Below are positions 50,503 to 61,247 of a DNA stretch of 64,000 nucleotides, piece by piece. The notes beneath the pieces were generated by a model that worked only from the letters and a program-made list of their open reading frames with translations, did not search any database and had not been told where the DNA came from. The stretch is from Macrostomum lignano (lineage: Eukaryota). Both the position numbers and the translations under genes were made by a program. Position 1 is the stretch's first letter; each line of letters begins with the position of its first letter. The stretch covers positions 175,553-239,552 of the forward strand of contig NIVC01000597.1 of NCBI GenBank assembly GCA_002269645.1. Direction: 5' to 3'.

Positions 50503-53500
50503 CACGCCTCCCCTGAAGAGAGAGTTTGGTCAATGAAATATACCCTAAAAAATATTGATTTCCCATGAATCTATGACCCAACAGACGTCCAAAAAAGCAA
50601 TAGTTGAAATCCTATCGCATTGTCTGCATAGTGTACAGGTATGCTAATTAGTACAGTGATTTTTAGTACCAGGTAGGTACTACAAGAAGAACAAGAAGGT
50701 CTGAGAGAACATGGCAACCATCCTGCAGCAACGAAAATGCTAAAACAAGGTAGAATTTACGTTTCTGTTCATTCTCTGTCACTTATGGTTCATTAATAGT
50801 GTTTTTATTACCTGTCCATACCTGTGTACACCTGAAAATTATGTTTTTGCATACTATATTGTGCTGAATTCACACCAGGGCGTGTATCTTCACACTTATC
50901 ATTGTACGAGCGTATTTACATGTATATGCTCATGGCTCAAAATAAATTGAATTCAATATTCTGGCTGCAGACTTTTCTTTCTGTTTCAATAAGCTATTTG
51001 GCCCATAGACATCTCCAGATGATGAGGCAGTCAGAACTAGGAGACAAGTTAATTCCAGTATTTTCTTCAGAACAAAAAGAAATAGCAAGCAGCAGCTGCT
51101 ACAGTTTTACTAAACTTTTACTGAAATTAAAGTTACTGTAAGTGAGACAACTAGCTATGAAAATGGAAAGGGTATATTTGAGTGAGATACTCTAGGTCGA
51201 CATTTATAAGCTGAGTGAAAGCGTACAATACACGATTGAGTGTAATATGGGGTGGGGCGATCAATAATTTGGGGGAATGTATGTATGAGCTACATAAATA
51301 TGCATGCAATATATTAGACTAATTGAGTGTGCAGGTAGAAATACAAGAACAATAAAAAAATACTGCGACACTGGCTGCTCCAGAACAATGCCAAACAACA
51401 AGCGCTCACATGAAGAAAATCGAAGATGTGTGTGCATCTTGTGCTTTCGGAAGGGAGACCAACCGCTGACAGCCACTCTTGAAGCGCTGATTGAATGCCA
51501 TGTGCTGCCAGGCTTTGCTGACCATCGTGGATTTCTGCCTTTAAGCATCTGCAACTCCTGCAGAATCAAGCTGATGTCACAAAGCAGCCCTGCACCAACA
51601 CCTCTGCCACCAAAAATGCCCTACAAGCAAATTATTACAGATCTGCGCTGTCTTCCGCCACTCACTCGCGAATGCCCCGATTGCAACTGCTGGGTGTGCC
51701 ATGTGGGCTCCAGCAGAGCCAACAAGAATGTGGCTGTATATCACCCTTTCATGCCAGATGAGTCTGCTGCTGGTATTGCGACGCCACTTGGTCGCCCTCC
51801 AAATAAGGCACCTGGGCCGATGGGAGACAGTGTCGTCAAACGCTGTGAGACATGCTCATCGCCAGTGGCACGTGGATTGAGGCACCAGTGTGGACAGGCG
51901 GCAAAACTGCGCTATCTTGATGCCCTAAGCCCCTACTCAAGGGAGCACGTAGCCTGCAGTCTTCTGCGTGAGAAGCTGGGTGTAGCCACCTCTTCTGGCT
52001 CCTTAGCAACTGCAAGCCTGACTTCTGGCACAGGTGGGCGCCCACTCCAAGTTCAAGTGGCTGGTATATCAACTACCGAGATTGCGTCAGTCCAGCATAG
52101 CACTATGCGAGCTGTAAAGACTGCACTCAACCTCAGCACCAGTCAGACGCTATGTGCGGCTCAAGTGATCAGAGAAGCGTCCGGCAGCAAAAAGGCCGTG
52201 CAGTCTGGGCTGAAAGAGTTTCTGTTTGCTGAAGGTCAGAGTGTCACCAAGTTTTTTACAGCTGAGCAGTGGCAGTTTTTCCGCAAACAGCCTAATGGAC
52301 AAGAGTATGTGATTGAACGGTCTGTCATGTTCTGCCGGGATGTATACGCTTTTCTGGCGCATGTCAGTAACTCGAGAGGCACTGCTGAGATGCACCAGAG
52401 AGTGAAACTTGCGATTGATAGAGGAGGCAATTCCTTAAAGGTGTGCATCAGTGTTACCGTGGATGACAGAGGATGCACTTTGTCTGCCCAATTTAACCGA
52501 TTTATGGACTCTGGAGTGAAAAAGATCCTCATCCTGGCCCTTGTTGAGGATGTCAAAGAATGCTACCAGAACGTTAGTGTACTAATGGCAACCATCGACA
52601 TCAGCTCCATTAACTTCACGTTGGCCTGCGATTTTAAACTGGCAAACATAACCAGCGGGATCCAGAGCCATTCTTCATCGCATCCCTGCCTGTACTGTGA
52701 GGGCAGGCCTCCATGGGAAGTACCAGCACAAAGGGGGATGCTCGGCTCAATTCGACACCTGGCAAGTGAGTTTCAGGCAGCTGGTAGACACCAGCCTCTA
52801 GCCAAAAACTTTGCCAACTGCGTCTAGCCTCCACTGCTACCTGGGAGCGATTCTGCTGAACTGCTAGACGTGGTACCACCGCCAGAGCTGCACATGATGC
52901 TTGGCATTGTGAACCGATTGCTTGATGCTCTCAATGCAAGCTAGGGTAGCAACAAGGCCTACGAGTGGGCCTATGAAGCAGGCATCTGCAGGCAGCAGTA
53001 TCATGGAGGTTGCCTGGAGGGCCCAGCGTGCAAAAAGCTCCTTCTGAAGGCGAGTGAGCTGTGGAGCGTGCTGCCTCCACACCTGAAGCTCTACGCAACA
53101 GCACTTCAAGACTTCAATGCTGTGCGCGAAGCTTGCTTTGGCCAAAGTCTGGCAGCTGATTACAGTCTCTACATTGCTCGCTTCCAGACGACATGTAGGT
53201 ACCTCGAGCTTTCAGTTACGCCAAAGATGCACACGCTTTTTGACCATGTGCCAGCGTTCTGCGGCAAGTATGGCAAGGGGCTTGGCAGCTTTAGTGAACA
53301 GGCTGTTGAATCAGCCCACAGTGACTTTGAAGCCACCTGGCAGCGCTATAAGCGCCCCCTAAATCATCCTCAGTATAGCACGTGTCTACTGCAATCCATC
53401 ATAAACTATAATTCATTTCACATCTGAGCCAAATATGTCATAACTTGTAACTTGCAAATTCCAATTTACTACTGCCAAGATAACTACAAGTAAACTGTTG

Positions 53501-54388
53501 AAAAAAGTAGTTAGTAGTTATAACTACGCAACTTGGTTTTGCTGTTACATTCAATGCTTGTATTTTGACAACCCACTAAACTCGTATGTTTGTATTAGGT
53601 AAAGCAGAAAGTTGTCGCAGGTTTTAAGGCCTTCTATGAAATGAAGTGCTTGAAGTACATGTAATGGTACTGTATCACAGTAGCTGGAACTTGAATTTGG
53701 GTTTGCTCTACATCAGTCAATGCATGTCTTTTTTATTCTGCAGCACACAAGGCTTCCAGAAATTCTGTAGGCTTATCTTTGCAAATTGCAAGAACTTTCT
53801 GTTTTACTAAATATTGTACTAGCTTTAACAACTATTCTAGCTATTTTACTCTAGTTATTCTACCCGTGTAGTCATTTGCCGCCAAAATATGCTTGTAATT
53901 CCCAATGACCTCTGCTTATGCTTTCTGTTTTTCTTTTTTCTCTTCAATAGTTACTGGCTTTGTTTTGACTCTCAGTGCCAGTCTATCGCTGCACTGCTCC
54001 AAAAACTTTAAAAAATTGAAAACGTTACTAGGAAAACACAAGCTCCATGTGTAAATTAATCTCAGTCAGGTATGGACAGGTAATAAAAACACTATTAATG
54101 AACCATAAGTGACAGAGAATGAACAGAAACGTAAATTCTACCTTGTTTTAGCATTCTCGTTGCTGCAGGATGGCTGCCATGTTCTCTCAGACCTTCTTGT
54201 TCTTCTTGTAGTACCTACCTGGTACTAAAAATCACTGTACTAATTAGCATACCTGTACACTATGCAGACAATGCGATAGGATTTCAACTATTGCTTTTTT
54301 GGACGTCTGTTGGGTCATAGATTCATGGGAAATCAATATTTTTTAGGGTATATTTCATTGACCAAACTCTCTCTTCAGGGGAGGCGTG
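50503..54388 (+). mobile_element. Full-length Chapaev-like (CMC superfamily) DNA transposon, 3886 bp, 322-bp TIRs, 4-bp TSD CATG
   Basis: TIRs 50503-50824 and 54067-54388 with CAC...GTG termini and about 2 mismatches. CATG at 50499-50502 and 54389-54392. Encloses a DDE transposase with an N-terminal H-x7-CxxC zinc motif. Confidence 0.8.
51388..53427 (+). pseudogene. Chapaev-like DDE transposase, ~680 codons, with two in-frame TAG stops
   Basis: One frame from ATG 51388 to TGA 53427, with TAG at 52825-52827 and 52942-52944. Motifs HEENRRCVCILC, LPLSICNSC, CNCWVC, IDRGGNSLK, ACDFKL...GIQSHSSSHPCLYC, PELHMMLGI, TPKMH, SEQAVESAH. Confidence 0.82.
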
Positions 54389-55046
54389 CATGGTATAACT
54401 ATCATGGTAATCAAATATTATATGTTAAGCATATTTTAAGTTCTCTATAAGCTGGAATTTTCTTGTATAGGCTCATATAAGATTTATTGATTTAGGTAGG
54501 AGTAGGGAGTAGGCCTAACATTGATTTAATATATTAATTTAATATAGTATATTAATTAGGGTATAATAACTTTTATTTTAATTGCAATATTTCCATTAGT
54601 TAAGTTGAAGTCCTAATTAGAAAATCTTTTTCAATATTCTAATTCTAATCTATTTAGGTATCATAAATCTTTATCTTCAAATGATAGTCTAATATAATAA
54701 TAATAAAAATTAGCCATACAAAAATTATTTTCAAATCCCATAGAATTAGGCCTATTAGAAAATATATTTAAATATTATTTCTTGATATAAACAATTAACC
54801 TTCAAAAGGCTAGGCCACAATAATAGAAAATTCTATAAAAATATATGAAAAAAATCTATTGGAATAGGATAGACAGGCCTAGGCCTACTATTGTACTAAA
54901 ATTTTGTTTGAGGGTTAAACAATATAAGCCTATAAAATTAAAGCAAGTTCTTTAAAATATACATATAAATATAATTAATTCATAAGGAATTTATCATTTA
55001 TTAAAGAAAAACTTTGTTATATACAATAAGCATAATTTTATAATGC

Positions 55047-55226
55047 AGTAATAAAGGAAAGTAATGGTTGTGCTAATAATATTTTCCTCCTTGCCTACTA
55101 AAATAATCTTTTTTTAAGTTAGATAAAATAAGCTTATATAAATTATAGGGCCTAAATTAAAAAATATTATTTTAGTAGGCAAGGAGGAAAATATTAGTAG
55201 CATAACTATTACTTTCCTTTATTACT
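55047..55226. mobile_element. Small palindromic MITE-like hairpin (~60-bp arms)
   Basis: GTAATAAAGGAAAGTAATGGTTGTGCTAATAATATTTTCCTCCTTGCCTACTAAAATAAT pairs with its near-exact reverse complement ending at 55225. Confidence 0.55.
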
Positions 55227-57259
55227 TTCTTGCTTAGCATTAAGTTCTACTAATTTCCTAATAGCACAATAATAGCTAATGGATACCATGCTAGCAGGAT
55301 ACCTTATAATAGCGCTGTCTTTTATTGTAAGTCTAAACTCTATAGCCTACAACTATATAAATGAATTTGTGATCCAGCATTCCAGCTGCATAGCTGGGCT
55401 AAGCTGGCCCTAGTTTTTTGCTTTGGAGATCAATTTTTCCACTTTAAGCTTGTTAGCTGAGTTTAAAGCCTCAAATGAATATTCTTTCCGACGAGGAACT
55501 ATAAAAAATATGATATGATATGATATTAATTATTGTAATTGTAATTTGTAACTTCATGCAAGACAAGATAATGGCCAAATGAGTCAAAGCTAGGAATACA
55601 TATTAAAATTATGGATTTAAAAGTATGAGAATGTCACTGAGCTAACTTTTAAAAAACGAGTGGTATCCATTATTCAAATAATTTAAACACAAAGCTACAT
55701 CAGCAGTTTTAGTTTTGACCTGCTGACGCACGCATGCAATTATGAATTACAGTCGAAAATATACATTTGAAAAAAGTTAAACTGATGCAAAAAATACAGA
55801 CAATATTTATTACCACTAAAACAAAGTAGTAATATTTTAGCATGCATTACATAAGTAAATCAATGCTAAATTAGAGTATACTTGAACACTGTAAAATTTA
55901 AATTTCACTGGACTCATCCTAAACCGCTTTTACTCGTACATGTAAATTTAGAGTAAATAATTATTTTTTTGGTTATTATAGTTATATTGTACAAGTTGGA
56001 ATGCTGGGTGCTGTCAAATTTTGTTTGCGATCTGCAACTGATCGGAAATTATATTTACGTGTAAATAGCTCTTTTATCTTCTAAAAAATAGCTCGTAATT
56101 ACTGATTTGCACATACAGAAGTTGTACATGCATGTATAGATGCTGTATTCATGTAGCTCGTAACATGTATTCATGTTGTTGCAATATAGCAGTCGGAATC
56201 AGTAAATAAACAGTTGAAATTGTCACTGAAACTGGTATCGATATATCATAATAACATTGATTTATTCTCACAGAAAGACAGACTATATATGAATAATATA
56301 AAGCCGCAATGCCGCATCTACATGTATCAACAAATATTCGCGGTAGACCTCTGTGAAACGCTAGCTGTACAACTTCAAATGAATTGTCGCTACTGAAATG
56401 CCAGCTGGCACACACAGACACGGGGAAATCTGGCTAGAATCTCAGCGTTCAAACGTTCGACCGAAATCCGGCCGGTTTTCGGACGGACTGTTAGTGCACT
56501 TCATCTCGATCTCTCTCTGCAGACGCCCCGAACCCCCCCCCCAATGCCAGATGGATTTCCCGATATGGATAGCTAGCTCGATCACGTTGGCTGGCACGTT
56601 TTTAGCGCTCCTACATGACTTCCTTTCCCACGCGTACATGTGTCTGGGGAACATGCAAAATGGCGGTGACAGCTGTGATGACATACTTTGTTGCAGTTGA
56701 AAACGTGGCACAAAAAGCTGCGGAGATTTTCGGCAAAAGTATACATGTAGTTTAAACAGTAAATTTACTTTGACTTTATGCCATTGCCCATAGTATTTTG
56801 ATACAAGGACCCTATATATTCTAATCTTGACCTGCATATGGAACAACGGAATGTTATGTAAACGTGATAACTGCGTAACGTTAGTTCACGGACCACGGTA
56901 GAAAACAAATTGAAGTTGAAGTTTTCCAATGAAAATTAATTCAATGTACTAAGTCATGGACAACTGAAGTACATGAAGGACGAAAGGACGACACTTGATT
57001 TTTTTAGAAATAAGCTGGAGGCCAGTAAGGACGTAGTTGTGATATCGCCAGTGCATTTAGTCTGCTCTAGAGGAATTGAATGTTTCTGGACGGGTTCGTC
57101 TATGGCCAAACCCCATTCAGCGCTTTGCGTTCTCTATCGCATAATAAAATTCACTATAGGCTATAGCGACTAGCGATACAGTACGACAAATACATGTAAT
57201 ACTCGTACATGTACGTTCCTTACCGGTCTCCAGCTGATTTCTTAGAAACTCGAGTGTAC

Positions 57260-57624
57260 CTGGGGCGTCGCCACCGGGGGGGGGGCATATCCCCACCAGG
57301 TAAAAGCCAATACTTTGTCCCCCCAGCCCACCTTGTGACCTGTTATGGAAATCAATAATTTTGCTTCAGGGCGCCAAAACATAGCGCCTGCGGCGCTAAC
57401 ATGAGTGCCTGCAGCGCTAAAATGAGTGCCTGTGGCGCTAAAATGAGTGCCTGTGGCGCTAAAATGAATGCCTGCGGCACTAAAATGAGTGCCTGCGGCG
57501 CCAAAACTAGCGCTGACAACACCGATTCTGAAAATAATGTACATGTAGGAATTTAGTCATGTACATGTAGAATACTTTAATTGGCTTTACCCCCCCCCAC
57601 CATAAATTTCAAGGCGACGCCCTG
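57260..57624. mobile_element. MITE with short GC-rich TIRs and an internal 21-bp tandem array
   Basis: CTGGGGCGTCGCC...GGCGACGCCCTG with subterminal G/C runs, flanked by GTAC on both sides; internal GCGCTAAAATGAGTGCCTGCG x5. Confidence 0.6.
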
Positions 57625-58579
57625 GTACCGTCCTTCTGCTGCAGTTGTCCATGTTGTCGCAGTTGTCGCATCCGTAAGCATAATTTACGAGCTAAAAGCA
57701 TGCCACATAAGTATGCGTAGAGAACTTCGTAACGTCAACATGGAGGGTCAGATTGTTGTTGCACAGATAAAAAGCCTGCTCGCTTAAAATACTATATTAG
57801 TCCATTCTCGTGTTGTTAACTATGGAATTAGAGAAAATTATAGAGAATTCTAAGAAGTCTAAAGGTTGGCCTAAGCTTGGAGGCTGACACACCGCGGGGC
57901 TATAAAACAACCACACGAGCTTGAGGCATGGAAAATACTCTAAAAGCTTATATGCTTTTACTCTGAAATTGCAACTTAAATGCCCCATTGGTCTTCGTGG
58001 GTTGCTATTTGTCCAGCTAACACATATTATACACTTGCAAAGCACCGTTTTGTATTCTATGTTTGTGAGATGAAGCTGGACGCAGTTGAGCTGAGACCCC
58101 GAAGCAGGCTCTGAATCCAGTCCACTACTCAGCGCACAGACAATGTTCTGTTTACAACCAGTCGTCACGAGGCCGAAGACAACTAAAGAGAGATAAGAGA
58201 AAAGGAAAAAACAAAAGCTTTTTCCGCCGCATATAGAGAATCTAAGCTTTTGAGTTATGGAAAAGCAAAAGCAAAAGCACTCAACCTCACAGCGAGCAGT
58301 ATGAATGGTTGGTCAAGATATGAAACTTCTAAACCCGAGTGTGACTAAATATTTATGTGTGGGCAGTGGAAGTATCATTAAATTGAAGGCATTTTATTCA
58401 TACAAAACAAAACAGGAGACAAATTTTATGGCAGAGAAAACAGCATATTTCTGGGCGGGCCAGTGCGTACTGACTGTATCTGCATTCGCAGGTAGGGTGC
58501 CCCTGCTGCGTTCGCATGCCGCTTATATAAACCAGCCTTCACGGTGCCATACTTGTCAGAACATGTACATGTCGATCAT

Positions 58580-58806
58580 GGAGTGCCGCGTTTGGCGACT
58601 CTCGCTCGTTGCCGATGTTGAGAAGCGTTTGGCGACTCTCGCTCGTTGCCGATGTTGAGAAGCGTTTGGCGACTCTCGCTCGTTGCCGATGTTGAGAAGC
58701 GTTTGGTGACTCTCGCTCGTCGCCGATGTTGAGGGGCGTTTGGTGACTCTCGCTCGTCGCCGATGTTGAGGGGCGTTTGGTGACTCTCGCTCGTCGCCGA
58801 TGTTGA
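58580..58806. repeat. Minisatellite, 37-bp unit (TTTGGCGACTCTCGCTCGTTGCCGATGTTGAGAAGCG)
   Basis: 6 copies. Confidence 0.93.
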
Positions 58807-59493
58807 GTGCACTGTAATACACAACAGGTACGAGAGAGCTCGTCAGAGTACACAGGTCTGCATGTAGGTTTCTGTAGACAATTTTAGAATTCAAGGACAC
58901 GGCTATAGACGCAGATACAGAATTTTTCTTTCAAAAGTCGTGTCTTAAATGAACAAATTTCGTCAGAAATCTTCCTGCTGTTTTTATCATCGATCAACTT
59001 CAATTTTGGTTTTGAGTACTCGTAAATCTGTTTGAATCTGTTTCTTCTGTCTCTCTTCTCTCCTCTCTATCCCTCTCGTCTCTCCCCTCCTCTGTCCGGC
59101 AGTCATGCGCAAGGTTTTCTATCTGGTCCTTGAGATAGAAAAGTTTGTGAACCACTGGACTCAGTGGTGCAGTTTGAGCTGCACAACAGTTGAAATCGCT
59201 TTGAGCACAGACTCAGCGGTGGTGTCCGTTAAAACCCGTGAAGAGGGAACATAATAATCCCGGGAAAATCCTGAGAGAATTAGATAGAATTACTGAAAAT
59301 GATCTATCCTTTTCATTCATCCAGATTTTGCGCCTCCTGCACGGCAGTCTCGGCGCCCCAGAGATGGCAATGGCGCCCACAAAAATGACGCGTCCTCCTC
59401 ACAACACAACAGAAATTCATGGCTATGATGCACATTTTTTCCAACGAATTCGCGATTGCAATCATGTGCTGTACTTGTACCCATGGTCACATC

Positions 59494-60192
59494 CAGAGGC
59501 GAATTTGGAAATATAAAATGAGGTGGGCGGAGTTTAACCATACTATAGACGAGAGGGGCGCCATAATGTGTAGACGAGAGGGGCGCCATACTATAGACGA
59601 GAGGGGCGCCATAATGTAGACGAGAGGGGCGCCATACTATAGACGAGAGGGGCGCCATAATGTAGACGAGAGGGGCGCCATAATGTAGACGAGAGGGGCG
59701 CCATAATGTAGACGAGAGGGGCGCCATACTATAGACGAGAGGGGCGCCATAATGTAGACGAGAGGGGCGCCATACTATAGACGAGAGGGGCGCCATAATA
59801 TAGACGAGAGGGGCGCCATAATGTAGACGAGAGGGGCGCCATAATATAGACGAGAGGGGCGCCATACTATAGATGAGAGGGGCGCCGTAATATAGACGAG
59901 AGGGGCGCCAGACTATAGACGAGAGGGGCGCCAGACTATAGACGAGAGGGGCGCCATAATATAGATGAGAGGGGCGCCGTAATATAGACGAGAGGGGCGC
60001 CAGACTATAGACGAGAGGGGTGCCAGACTATAGACGAGAGGGGCGCCAGACTATAGACGAGAGGGGCGCCAGACTATAGACGAGAGGGGCGCCAGACTAT
60101 AGACGAGAGGGGCGCCATACTGAGCAAACTGAGGGCGGTAAGGACCTATTTTTAGTCCGAAGACCGCCCCCCCCCCTTTAAATCCGCTCCCG
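59494..60192. mobile_element. hAT-type MITE with 8-bp TSD, carrying an internal 23-bp minisatellite (59540-60120)
   Basis: Starts CAGAGGCGAATTT, ends AAATCCGCTCCCG. GTCACATC is duplicated at 59486-59493 and 60193-60200. Internal array unit TAGACGAGAGGGGCGCCATAATG. Confidence 0.8.
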
Positions 60193-61247
60193 GTCACATC
60201 AGGGATTTAAACGCGTTCGCGTGACAGAAAACTACAGATGGCACAGGCACACTCCACTCCCTTGGATGCATTGTTTCATTGACGCCATTACAATAGCTAT
60301 GACTAGAGGCTGCAGCTCCCAGTAAATCAATGAATTATGTAGAATGAATGCAGCTTGTTAGTGCAGGTCCAATTCTAGAACTATAAAAGTGCATCGGTTG
60401 GAAAGGTAGGCTAGCTACAATTAAGAATTTCCATTACGTGCACCCTTCACACCCCCTCAATAGATGTACACTGACAGCAATTCGCCAATGTACATTAGCA
60501 TATAACCTTGAGCGGCGTGGAAAATCTTCGAGCCAAAAAATGTCGAGTTTAGCCAGTTCAGTTCAACCGAAAAAAGAGACAATTACAACTGCTGACTTGA
60601 ACTCAACTGGGTCACATTTCTGTTTCTTAACTTTCTCTCTGTGCACCGAGTTCGTATTTTTGTACGAGCATCGGCGTAAACAGGGCTATATTATTTTGCT
60701 TGTAATACAGATTCAGCCTTAGTCCATAAAGCTACGCGTACGGCCTTGGTGGAAAATCTCGTCACGCATAGTGGAAAACCCCGCCATGTGGGGTGTGCAG
60801 GTTGTGTACAGGCAAACTGAAGTGTGGGCTCAGAGTGGAAAATTTCAGTGCGCGGAGGCCAGAGCTAGACTAATGTCTAGGAGCTTTGGAAAATTCCCAG
60901 ACCAGTCATAACCCAAACAGTGCACGGGGCAGTACAGCCAACCCAGGGGCAGCGGAGGTTGGGGCAGCTACATTTTGCGTCCTGCTCTCATAGCCACCTT
61001 TTCTCTCTCCCTTCTCCTTCGTTTCTCGTCTCTCTCCCTGCTTTGGCGTGAAGTACTAAAAGAAGGGAGAGCGGCCTTGGCCAAGGCATTTTCCATCATC
61101 CATCAATGCTCTGCTCCAGGCTAAAAAACCAGTTCTGCGCCGCAGCAACCCCACTCCCACCGCCGACTCTAAAAACCCTCGGCTGCCTCATAGCTTAAGT
61201 TGCCCAGCTTCCCACCAGCTGACTGACCGCTCCTAACCAGAATCACC

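Noticed and set aside
50503-54388. RAG-like (ProtoRAG/Transib) transposon
   Set aside because: Termini share only CAC with the RSS heptamer, there is no RAG2-like ORF, and the TSD is 4 bp rather than 5 bp; Chapaev-like fits better.
56398-56846. Overlapping 100-134-aa ORFs on both strands
   Set aside because: No recognisable motifs or splice pattern; probably non-coding repeat remnant.
57797-58168. ORF with faint resemblance to a LINE reverse-transcriptase C-terminus (IEYK)
   Set aside because: A single short motif with no other RT features or poly(A)/tail repeat; cannot be supported by eye.
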